Shown here piece after piece: positions 39,121 to 50,614 of a stretch of DNA of 64,000 bases (position 1 is the first letter of the stretch; every line of letters starts with the position of its first letter). This DNA is from Spironucleus salmonicida (taxonomy: Eukaryota), in NCBI RefSeq assembly GCF_000497125.1, contig NC_090603.1, forward strand, positions 124,001-188,000, in the 5' to 3' direction. The translations under genes were made by a program, and so were the position numbers. The notes below the pieces were generated by a model that worked only from the letters and a program-made list of their open reading frames with translations, was not told where the DNA came from and did not search any database.

Positions 39121-40887
39121 TCACACGCCCCTGACATGGTTCCCGGCCCACTCCGCGCCAGGAATCACCCAGACTCCCTCCGCCTCGTCCCACTTCGCCG
39201 CGTCCAAAATCGCGTCCAAAAATTTCTACGGCACAAATTACTCGACTATGATTTTTATACGCTCATAATCAATTATTGCCCCTTCCAAATTTTCGTTTTG
39301 CCCTTCCATTTCGCTCGCGAAATTGTTCCGAATTTCTTCTAAATATTCCGCTTTTTCGCTCCAAATTTTACCGTATTTCACCAATTTTCGAGATTGCGAC
39401 CCCACCAAATTTGCAATTGAATTTTCATTTTCCACTTCTTCTTGAAGGCGGTTTTGGTCCTCAAAAAGCTTCTTTTTCAGCTCTTTTTCGGCCAATTTTT
39501 GAACTGCGAGCTCCTCGCGGGCCTCCCTCAACTCCTTTTGCTGGGAGTCGATTTGGCTCTGAATCGAGTTTTTATCGATAATTCCGGCCTTCTGGCGCTC
39601 GATTTCGGCCTTCAAAAGCTCAGATTTTTCCCTCATTTTTTGCTGCTTTTCAGTCCTTTTCTGCAGCTCCATTTACAGCTCAGAAAGCTCCTTTTCCTGC
39701 TTTTCGATGTCGCCCTTGACGTCCGATTTTATCGTTTTCTTCTTCTTTATGATTTTTGTCAACTTTTGAATTTCATTTTCATTTTCATTTTCTACTCCAC
39801 CTGTTTCCACTCCACTTTCTGCCATAAAGTCTAATAATTCGCTCTCGAGTTTCTTAATTAAATCTCCCATTTCGCGTATCTGTGCGTCCTTGGGGTCCTC
39901 GTTTACCTTTGCGCGATTTTTGATCTTTTTCGCGTTGTTCGCGTAGCGCAGCGTCGATGCCGTCTCGTCGAAGTTCGTCGATGCTGGCGAGATCGCGCTC
40001 ACCATCAGCGTCTTTGCGTTGCCGCCCAGCGAGTCTTACAGCAAGTAAGTCAATTTGCTGTCCCGGTACGGCACGTGGGGCGATTTTTCGACCAGTTTAC
40101 TGATTACAAGGCCCAAAGTGCTCAGCGAGAGGTTGATCTTCGCGCCCTCTTGCAGGCGTGCGCCCGTAGCACCGGTCTTCTCTGCGCGCTCAGAACCTGC
40201 CAAATCGACCAAATTTAGCTTCCCCATACGAATTTTGCCGTTTTCTTCGCATTCGACAATTATTTGGAAAACTGAGTGCGATCTTGACGATGTGGCATTC
40301 ATCTTCGTCGCTGCAGTCGTGCGCTGCGCATTTCCGGCCTCCATGAGGAGTGAGATTTGGCGCGTCGTCGAGACGGGGTGGAAGGTCAAGTTTTCAATGA
40401 AAACTCCTGATTTTGGATTAGTTCTGACCTGCAAATTGCGCTGATTTGTGGTCAAATCACGAATTTCCTCGTTGTAGATCTCGTAAAATGCGGCGCGGAT
40501 GAGGTAGCGCTAGTCATTATTCGCGTCTGAAACGCAGTCAAAAATGCGAATTATTGCCTAAGGGATTACGCCGTCGTTCGCGTAGCCCATCATCGTGAAC
40601 GTCTTTCCGGAGCCCGTCTGGCCGTACGCGAAAACCGTCGCATTGTAGCCCTCCATAACCGAGGAAATAAGCGGAAATACTGACTCGTCAAACACGTCGG
40701 TTTGCTTCGACTACGCGTCGTAGACGGCGTCGAACGTGTAAGGGGTGATTTTCTTCGTTACCGGGTGTGTGGCAGTCACCTTGGACAGCGTCTTGTCCAT
40801 GCTGATCACGTTTGTCGAACCTTCGTCCTGCTCTTTTTGGGAGAACGGGCGCACACGCACGATCACTTTGACATTTTCCTCTGTCAT
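39121..40887 (-). CDS. Kinesin-2 (KIF3/FLA10-like) motor, 588 aa
   Basis: [64 protein letters not shown]; coiled stalk; kinesin-2-like tail IVEQFVP...WDEAEGVW...WAGNH. Confidence 0.93.
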
Positions 40888-40908
40888 TTGGAAGGGGAAG
40901 GAGTGGGT
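40888..40908 (-). promoter_or_regulatory. C-rich element upstream of the kinesin ATG
   Basis: Minus strand reads CCCACTCCTTCCCCTTCCAA-ATG. Confidence 0.55.
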
Positions 40909-41322
40909 TATAATATTGTATAATAATATGAGAGTAATACTAAAGTGGAAAGGAAAAATTGACGGGGAAATGAGTCAATTGCCTTAGAATGAAATATAAT
41001 GTATTGATTTGAATTTATGAATGAAATGACTAACGCAGTTAATGAAGTAAGTCATATTATTTTTGTATTTTAGCGTTTTTATGATTTTATGGTTTTGCAA
41101 ATGTTGGTTTGCTGGTATTTAATATATAGAGTTAGTTGAATTGACTTGAATTAGGATAAAAAGTTATATCGAGTTAAATTATTATAGAATCATTATATTG
41201 AACTACAATAGTGGAATGAAATTAAATCAAATTAATATATTATATAATATTATCATACTTGATTATAATATATAACAATATTAGAACTAAACAAAACTAA
41301 CAAAACCCAGCAAATTGAGAAC

Positions 41323-42825
41323 TCACCAGTCACTAATTTTGCCGCTGCCACCCCGTTTTTGCGAAATTCCGGGGAGCAGCTGCTTGTCGAGCACGTGGCT
41401 TGGAGTCTGTACGACATCAGGGTGTACGCGGCCGTTCGTGCCGAAGCCGTAGTTCAATTTTTGAGTATTCTGCGTTGGCGTCTTCACACTGTAATTTTGT
41501 CTGCCCTGCGTCATAGTTTTGCTCTACAGAGGCGTTCTTGTACGATTTGGAGACGCTAGCGACGAGTTTCTGCCAGATGAAAAAACTGGCTTTGAAGGAG
41601 AAGAAAATGCAGATTATTGCTGCTGTCTAGCACTTTGTTATATCATATACTGATTTGCATTTTGTGCATTTTGTATGTTATTATTCATTTATTGTTACTA
41701 TTAGCTGATATAACCCTGTTGATTTTCTCTGGCACCAATGGCGGACTATCTACCGCTTTGGCGAGAATCTACGCGTTGTTGTTGTACTTTGGTGGGTTAT
41801 TGTCCGGAACTCTCTGGATTTGCTTCCGGAATTTCACCTCTTTCTCTCATTCTCTGCTCATAAGCTATTAAGAACTATTGCTATTGACCTAGAACGCTTC
41901 CGGGTCTGCATACTCTTAGCCAGGCAATTACTTCTCGTGCGGTATAACCGTATTCTCTCATCATCCAAATGCCTATTAACGTGCCTGTTCGGCCTAAACC
42001 CGCTTTACAATGAACTGCTACAGCTCCTTGTTCGGTGTCGATGATTTTTAAAAATTCTTTAATAATCCGTTCGGTAGGTATAGAGCCGTCAGGATATGGC
42101 AAGTCATAATGGTGAATTCCTGATTTAATGAAATCTGCACGGTTGTAGCATGCTTCATTTAATCTTACAACAGCAGTGACCTATCTAGATTTAAATAGTG
42201 GAATATATGATGAAGGTGTGAAAGGGTGGTATTTAAAAAATGGGTGAGTCTGCGAAACTGGGCCAGCAATCGCCAATATCTTATCTGGAATAATGTATGT
42301 TAAATCACCATTTTCTACTTGTGAGTAGAAGTAATAATCATCATATTTAAATGAGTTTAATGAAAATATTTTGCTTTGCATTGCTCTCTATGCTGCAAAT
42401 AAGATGTCTTAAACAGTAACACCATAAGTGCAAGGTCCCATAGACGCATCTCTATACGGAGTTAATGCAGGTTATATCTATTAAACAATTTTTGAAACTT
42501 ACGCTGGTGGTTTATTGAGAACTACCACAAGAAATAATCCAATTAAAGTTATTGAATTTGCCCTAAAGTTATAACCAGGTGCTGATATATACACTAGTCG
42601 TTTAGATTTTAGATTTGGATCTTTTAATTTTGCTGAAAGTTGGGCAAAGAATGCATAAGTTTAACCTATATTTAAAGGTCCAAAATCTGCCTCGAAGGCC
42701 TAGTAAACTAATGTGTTATCAGTTGAGAAATAATGATGTTCAGAATCATCCTGCATAGATCCTGATGCAGTTGCATAGAAAAGTCTATCTGGAATGAACT
42801 CAATTAGTTTTGATGCTAGTGGCAT
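41323..42825 (-). CDS. CDC14: Dual-specificity phosphatase CDC14, 500 aa
   Basis: IEFIPDRLFY, ADFGPLNIG, PYRDAS.G, VENGDLTYIIPDKILA, AVVRLN..CY, PDGSIP, AVHCKAGLGRTGTLI, WLRVCRPGSVLGQQQ. Confidence 0.94.
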
Positions 42826-43418
42826 TTAGAAAATTTGAAGTGGAATTAAACATTAGAATTATTATATAAATTAAATGGCAATATAGCTAAAAATATTTTT
42901 ATTCAATATATAAAATATAAATCTTGATCGATAAGAGATAATTTCATAATTACATTTTAATACAAGTTATATATAATAATAATATTTAACGGAATTTTTA
43001 TTGATGATAACATCAAATACTATTAAATAATAATGAACCTCATGGTCTTTTAAATTAAAATAATATAAAATCATTTAAGATCTTATATAAATGAATCGCG
43101 AATTACGTTTTGTGTGAATGTTACTTTACTATATTTATAGGTTTTGCAGCACCTCATCATCAAATAACTACTAGGTTTTTAAAGTTTATACAACCTATCA
43201 TTTACAAGCAAGTAATTATCATAAATGTATACTAAAAGATAATTATATTAAATAGCTGCAACAATATCTCGTTAACAAAAACTACTAAAGTGATAATTTT
43301 TAAATTAATGCGATTATTTATTATAATATTCATACCAGATATATATTATTTGTTTTGATAAAATCGTATTATTTAAATAATATATAATATTATTAATATT
43401 TATGCCATTCCATTTTAT

Positions 43419-44846
43419 ATGGACTCAGACGAAGATTCTGATCTTTTACTTCCTCAGCAATTTAAGTAAAGACCACTAGCAAAAACATAGATTACAATAG
43501 ATGACCTTTCTTCTGATGCCGAAGTCCATTTACCAACACGATCTCCCGCTCTACCGCCTGGACGGCCACGAGATACTAAACCTTTGTAGAGACGAGCATT
43601 ATCTACATCTAATTAAAGAATCTTACCGAAACCAGGCTAGACTGTAATAGAAAGCTAACATTAATAACTAAATGAGCAAGTATTCACTACTAGAGCCCCA
43701 AAATCAGCTATTTAACCTAAAATTGCACGCTTAACAAGACCTCTACAACGAAATTTCAATGGAAATAATGAAGCTTTATCACCACAGGTATCCGTAAATT
43801 CATCAATACCTCTAAGATTTTTTGATGATATTGAAGACGTAAACGACGTCAAACCAGCAGTGCAAAATGGTCTTTTTCACAAATAATCACCACTTAGAGG
43901 AAATTATGGGCAAAACGAGGTTGTAAATCTTAATTTTAGTTAACCTCCGACTGAAGATTTAACAGGTTTAACACAAAATTCGATATTAAAAAAGAGCGTT
44001 GGAAGCAATAAAAAAGAGGTTAGTACTAAACGAGTATCTATTTTATCATCTTAAGTAGTCAAATAATAACCTGCTCGAACTTTTACACCTAAAGAAATAG
44101 AGGATTTGATATCTTTCTTAGATATTAAGAAAGACTGGAAAGTTTAGTATAACACATTGTAATCGTTTAAATAGATTGTTTCAAATTAATTTGAACTTTT
44201 TCTACCTCATATGGACTCAATTATGAACTAAATGCATTAGTTATTATAGGCACAACGATCTGCTGTGTTTAAAGAAGCTATCATTATGCTGGCTTCCATA
44301 TATAATTGTTTCACGGAAAACGATTGTTTGCAAATAGCTCCTCATATAGAAGTATCCATGTTTAATGTTCTACTCAAGGCAGGTTCAGCCGCTTAATAAG
44401 ATTTTCTAGCAGAATCAGCAGATAATTGTCTTAAAAATATAAATTGTTATATTAAATTTTTAATTTATAATTCAAAATATCCTAAAACTATTCATAATTC
44501 TTTTAGTATGCTTAATAGATTGCTATTAGATAAGTCTCCTGGTGTAAGATCGCGAGCTGCTTTTCTGACATCAGATATATTGGAGTACTGTATTGTATAA
44601 ATTGAGGATGGAAAAGATTTTACTAAAACTATTTTCAGATCAATTTCTTGTATTTTATTATAAACTTTGAATAAAATTTGCGCTGATTCTAATCCTGATT
44701 GTCGAAAAGGTGGTAGAAGGCTTTATTTCTTTGTTAAAGGTATGTGTAGTCATTGTGGAGTAGCATTAAGCTTATAATAATATAAGGGTGTGGAGGATGT
44801 TATTTACAGAGAAGGTGTATGCTCTATGTGGTGGGATGAACAGTGA
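43419..44846 (+). CDS. Protein with low-complexity N-terminus and C-terminal TOG/CLASP-N-like HEAT domain, 475 aa
   Basis: Open frame with TAR=Gln; DWKVQ..TL, QRSAVFKEA, LLKAG...DFLAESA..CL, DKSPGVRSRAA, DSNPDCRKGGRR fit the TOG HEAT pattern; ends CAG-TGA. Confidence 0.72.
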
Positions 44847-44958
44847 TTGAATTATATGAGACAGTTTAAAATGGTTATTAATTATGCCCAAATTCAAACT
44901 ATCAATCCTTGCTCCACTAGTAGTTAATTTATGCTGATAATTGTAATAACTTTATTTC

Positions 44959-46314
44959 TCACTCGTCTTTACCATCATTTGCTCCAATGTTAGCTTTCTC
45001 GCCACCGAAATCCCCTATGAAATTAGGTTCGTCCATTGCCGCAGCCTTTTCCACTCTTTCCTATTTAAGACGTGCCTTTTCACCTTCACTAGCACCCTCC
45101 ATTGCAAGTCCACCATGATATCCTGTTGTTTTCCCATAATTCTCTTCGCTTTGTGTGACGGCAATAGGGAGGTTGTTAAATGTACTACCTGTGTTAACGG
45201 CTGGAGCACAATTTAGGGATTTTAATTATTCATGGACAATCTTTAATTTTTCTTCAAGATCACGCTATGTATTTTAGTTTTCCATATTAGTTTTCATAAT
45301 TTATAGAGTAAAATCAGGCCCATAATATTCGTAAAATGCGTTTTTCGGAATTTGTGAGTTAAGTTCTACCCCACATGCTAATGCAGTTTCATATGTCCAA
45401 CAACGTGCAACATTACGAAGAGTATAACCTCCACCACCAAGTATAATTGTAGGAAGATTAAATGTTTTAACGAATTCTAAACAAGCACCATGCCCACGAA
45501 GTGTTAAATTAAATGAGCCTAAGCGATCACCAGCTAAAGAATCCGCGCCGCATTAAAGGACAACTGCTTCGGGTCTATAAAATTACATAACATCAGTTAA
45601 AACTGGTTTAAAAATGCTTAAGAATGAGTCATCATCAATTGCATCATCTAAAGGAACGTTGACTGCGTATCCAGCACCTCCATCGGCACCTTTGTCAGAT
45701 AATGCGCCTGTACCTGGGAAAAAGTCCTTTCCATATTTATGGAAACTAAGAGTGAGAACCCTATTAGTAGTATAAAAAGCTTCCTCAACACCGTCTCCAT
45801 GATGTATATCAATATCAATATACAAAACTCGTTTATATACCTTTAAGAGCTCGATAATGCTAATAACTATATCATTAACATAACAAAAACCACTCGCTTC
45901 TGCTGTCTTTGCATGATGTAAACCACCCATATAGCTAATTGAAATATCACTAAGACCTGCTATAAGATGACTAGCACACGCTAAAGAGCCTCCAGCTGCA
46001 GTAGAAATATAGTTATAAATTGAAGGGAAAATAGGACAATCATCACCAACACAAAATCGCTAACAGTCTTTAGCAAATTTATGAGTTGTTTCTGGTGTAA
46101 CAGATTTTAAAAACCTAACATACTCAGGAGCATGGAATAATGATAATTCTTCAAATCTAGCATCTCGTGGAGTGAAAAAGTTTAAATTTTCATCTAATCC
46201 ATATGCTAAAATTAATTCTTAAACCATTGCTGCTCTAAAAGGCTTCATAGGATGATTAAGTCCAAAATAGTAAGTTCCAAATGAAGGATTATAAAAATAT
46301 GAAACTCGAGGCAT
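44959..46314 (-). CDS. Class I histone deacetylase (RPD3/HDAC1-like), 451 aa
   Basis: [91 protein letters not shown]. Confidence 0.95.
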
Positions 46315-46393
46315 CCAATAAGGAATGGAGGCAGATAATGGAGTGGACAAATAATAATGTTATTATATCCTAAATATATATTAATTACAAAAA

Positions 46394-46789
46394 TCACTTA
46401 TTAAGAAATATCTTGTCGTCAAAAAGTAAAATATTATCTATATATGAGATTTTTTCGCCGTTTGTCTGCTATCTCCATTTTTTATAAGCTACTTCTACAC
46501 TATGTGATGACTCTTTTAACTATTTTTTATAATATGCACAATGATCATCAGGATTCTCCTGCAGACCATAATATTTCATCAAATCCTTAGAAGCAATTAT
46601 TTATTTGCTATTATAGATAGTTTTTGATAACTTAAAAGAAATATTTTTTTTAATTGAACTCTAAATGGGTTTATTTTCTATATTATCCCCTATGGTCTAT
46701 ATTTTCTCTTCTACAGTCTTTAATTTTGGCTTGCTAGAGTCATTGTAAAATTAAAGAATTTTCTCTGTTCTAGATAATCTTTTTTTCAT
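46394..46789 (-). CDS. Hypothetical protein, 131 aa
   Basis: MKKRLSRTEKILQFYNDS...LLFDDKIFLNK in one frame; ends AAG-TGA. Confidence 0.55.
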
Positions 46790-46903
46790 TTAGGTATGAT
46801 ATTATTTTATCTATATTATTTTTAAATTTTGATTTTTAAATTTTGTAATAAAATAATATATATTAAATACTAACTATTTGATAACGCGCTTTCCACATTT
46901 AAG

Positions 46904-48151
46904 ATGAAGTTCTTTACATAAGAAGATTTGCTGGCAGCAACTTTCAAGCAAGATAGATTGCTAGTGTAAGCACACGAGTAAATCAAGTAATAAAAGACCC
47001 TCATTCAGTAAAAGGACTTAAGTATTTGTAAACTAGAAAATCAACTGGAGATCAGCCAAAAACAGCTTAAAATCGTGGAGTCAACATAATTCTAGTATTT
47101 CTAGAACAATAACTTGTTATTGAAAAAGCTATCACTCTATCAAAATTCTACAGCTGAATCAATCATTTCGGATAATATTGCCCTCAAAAAAGAAATTAGG
47201 GGACTTTATTCAATCATAAGAAACAGCCGAAAATGGCAAAAATAGCATGGAATTACTGAGCTCAAAGAGCTGATTTACCTTTAACAGCAATAAATCAACC
47301 AGATGAGCGGAGAGAGTGTTTAGCAGTAATAAATTACTATTAAAAACTTAGACGCTTACTAACAGGCCGAATCTATTAATTAGTAGCTGAGCAAGCGAAT
47401 TTGCACCGAAAACAGCATTTCTGAGCAAGACAATCACACCTCAGAGCAGTCAATTTTGGAAACTAGCTTCAGAGATAACGAAAGTCTGCAGAGCTAAGTC
47501 AACTGGCTCTAAAGAGAAAATGCGTCAATTTTGTCGAAATACGAGTCGTTAGTTGCCAAATACGAAGACGTTTTGCACTCTCTAGCACTGGCCAGAGACG
47601 GGAAAAAGAGCCAAATATTTGAAGATGCCTCAGAACCCCTCAGCGCAGACGGTGCGCAGACCGTGGTTTTGCAGCACCAGATCACGGAATTTCAAGAAAA
47701 CTACATCGCCCACGACGCGTTCCAGACGGCCTGCGCGCCCAAAATCGAGCAGGAAACGCCAGAAACGCAGCAAATTCTCGGCGAAACTGCGCCTGCAGGC
47801 GCCTAGCGATTTTCCGAGGCCGCGGAGTCGGCGCGAAGCTCAGACGCGCAGGGCGGCGATGCGCCGCTGCAGCGCAAACTAGCGCTGACGAGTCAGCAGC
47901 TCGAGCGGTACCACGCGGTCGTCGTGGCGCAGAAGCGGGAAGCCGTGGCTCACACGCAGACCATCAGCGCCCAGAGGGCCGAAATCAACTAGCTGGAGCT
48001 CAAAGTCGTCGATCTGGAGTTCGCGATCGCGCAAACGGCCCAGGAGGCCGAGATCTGGGGGTAGAGTAGCCAGAACGCTGTAGAAATCACCAACAGGCTA
48101 CTCCAGAGCACGGAGGTGCTTAGAAAGAGCCTTTGCAGCGACGAGGACTGA
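46904..48151 (+). CDS. Coiled-coil hypothetical protein, 415 aa
   Basis: MKFFTQEDLLAATF...; Q/E/K-rich heptads; includes track ORF 47531 in frame; TGA 48149. Confidence 0.7.
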
Positions 48152-48217
48152 ACTTGTTTTTCACTTCGCAGGCGGATACGGCATAACCCCGGCAGTTGCA
48201 ATTGAAGCTCACTCAAA

Positions 48218-48775
48218 TCAGTCCAGCTGGATGCTGAAGTCGCTGCTCATCTCCAGGGTGAAATTCGCCTGTCCGTGCGATCTGAAGCTGCCAATGACCG
48301 TTTCGCTCTCCCACTTCTGGTACCTATCCTGGATAGGCGATGGGAGCATAGTTGGCTTCATCTGGATGTAGGAGGGCACCAGTGCGTGTTTCAGGGCCCT
48401 GCGCTGGTGCATTTTCCTCGCATTTTGAATGGCCACATTGAAGACCTGACAGTTGTATTCCCTGGACAGCAGCTCCTGAATGTCGTCTTTCTGGGTATGG
48501 AGGCCCACCTGGGTCTTGATGATGTCCATGTCATCCGCGGTAATCCGGTCAGCCAACTTGCGAACAAATGTCTCGCGGAACCAGTGGTACAACTTGCTTT
48601 TGCTGACGTGCAGCTCGTCCGACACCGTCTTCCACTCGACACCAAAGGCAGCGATCTGGTCAATTAGCAGCTGGTGATTAGCAGCCAATTCCGCGTATGA
48701 GTAATTCGAAAAAGATGCTAGGTACTTTGATAGAACTTCTACAGCAGCAGACTTGTTGATGCTATTTGTTACCAT
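48218..48775 (-). CDS. Hypothetical protein with an HTH/Myb-like segment, 185 aa
   Basis: MVTNSINKS...GVEWKTVSDELHVSKSKLYHWFRETFVRKL; start chosen at the AAAAATG context. Confidence 0.65.
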   Translation of the reverse strand: MVTNSINKSAAVEVLSKYLASFSNYSYAELAANHQLLIDQIAAFGVEWKTVSDELHVSKSKLYHWFRETFVRKLADRITADDMDIIKTQVGLHTQKDDIQELLSREYNCQVFNVAIQNARKMHQRRALKHALVPSYIQMKPTMLPSPIQDRYQKWESETVIGSFRSHGQANFTLEMSSDFSIQLD

Positions 48776-49830
48776 TTTTAGATTACAGGAAAATCGCAAA
48801 TATAATACTTTTTGGATCTTCGAGTGGCAAAGTCGAAGAGGAATTATAATTGTTTTCATATAATTAAATAACAAGCATGTTAAAAATATTTTATTCTAAG
48901 AACTTACTATTCAGATTAAAATGTTATTTGAATGCTATATCGTTATTGTTCGAAATTACTTTTTAGAAACTTAAATAATACTTATGGATTAAAATATATA
49001 ATTAGGATTGATATTATTTTGTGTTAAGATTAAATACTGTAGACCTAGTCTAATGGAATTATCCGGAATTTCCTTCCAATTCCAGTTTTGTGGTTATAAT
49101 GATTCTTTATTCTAATTCACATATAAAAGGATATCAGAATACTATTTGTATATTTTCGTTATTAGGGAATAAAGTTTAATGCTAAATATCATATTTTAGT
49201 ATACAATTTTTGAAATTATACTATATGCTTAAAATAAATATGAATGATGTAGTTATATAATCTGCACAAGTAAAATTCGATAATATACAATTAATTAATA
49301 TCTAAATATTGATATTATAGGTAAGGCACCATTCTAATGACAATTACCCAACAAACTATTAAAGCTATACCTAATAATAAGTTTTAGCTATTGGGTTTCT
49401 CTATAAATATTAATAAAAGTCCTAATTAATAAATAGTTTATAATTTTACTGTATAATATTCACTGATAAATATATTCGAAATAACTTATTATTATTCGCT
49501 GTAGGTTAGTTGAATATTAATTATACGAATTTCTTTATAATTATAATATATGTGATAAAATGGTTGAAAATAAAAAACTATTTATATTTTAAAACTATTT
49601 TATGTATTATTGATTAATTTGTAATTGATAGTTTAAACAAATATTAATGATACCTCATTTATAATATACTTTTATATTGAGATTATAAACGATTTATTAT
49701 TTGTAAATACAACCAAAAATGTTTATTGCGAAATATCTTGAATTTGCTTAGAAATTAGTGAAAAAACATAATACATTATAAGTTATAATGTTATGAATAA
49801 TATAACAGTTGTTATCAATTATCAGAAAAA

Positions 49831-50007
49831 ATGCTTGTTATTTTATCTTTATCATGCTACCAGCCCAATTCCCCTATTATTTACAATCATGTAACCTATT
49901 AATGTGTATTATTAGCGTTCTACTTGACACCGGACGACGCAAGGGCTTTTTAATTTCGCGAGCGAAATGGAAGGGCAAAACGAAAATTTGGAAGGGGCAA
50001 TAATTGA
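49831..50007 (+). pseudogene. 5' fragment of a diverged paralog of the type-I membrane protein, joined out of frame to the kinesin 3' copy
   Basis: MLVILSLSCYQPNSPIIYNHVTYQCVLLAFYLTPDDARAFQ aligns with MLVVLSLTCYQPNSTFTYNPITHEGTLIASYLAPDDSRAFQ; TGA at 50005. Confidence 0.8.
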
Positions 50008-50155
50008 TTATGAGCGTATAAAAATCATAGTCGAGTAATTTGTGCCGTAGAAATTTTTGGACGCGATTTTGGACGCGGCGAAGTGGGACGAGGCGGAGGG
50101 AGTCTGGGTGATTCCTGGCGCGGAGTGGGCCGGGAACCATGTCAGGGGCGTGTGA
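49952..50155 (+). pseudogene. Duplicated 3' end of the kinesin-2 gene
   Basis: Reverse complement of 39121-39324. Confidence 0.88.
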
Positions 50156-50614
50156 GGGGTTTTTGCGGTTTCTAGGGGGAGTTCGCGGAGAGGAATTAGT
50201 ATATCAATATATAACATAATAATAATAATACTACAGGTTTGAAATTTAGTATTTATATTATATTGTTATAAAAGGATAAAATTCTAAAAATGGGCGCCTT
50301 GGCTTCACAAGCAGCGCGCAGTGCCGCCTCTGTATCAGAGGAGTTTAGACGGATTAATGCGGTGTCTCTGCCGTTTCTTGTTTGTGTGGAATCTGGTCAC
50401 GGTACAATACGCCGAAACTCTGGGCTTCTGCGGTTATCTCAAGAGTGCCGTAACTCGAGGAATGGTCAGTGGTATGCGGTGCTTTTGGCATTATAGGCTG
50501 GTTTACGGTGTCTGGGAAGTAGTTTATATGTAAAGCTGCACCGCATTCTAGCGTTAGGCCGAGCTGCTGCGGAGCCTTAACGAATGGAATAAAATAATAT
50601 ACAATTGCAGTTGA

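Larger units (their letters stand above)
30726..39324. repeat. Left arm of a large inverted duplication (partner 49952-59897)
   Basis: Reverse-complement near-identity; paired track ORFs 32092/58531, 37093/52183, 38986/50290. Confidence 0.94.

Noticed and set aside
41295-41310. ACTAACAAAACCCAG resembling a branch point and 3' splice site
   Set aside because: On the plus strand, antisense to the CDC14 3' end, with no plus-strand gene or convincing donor
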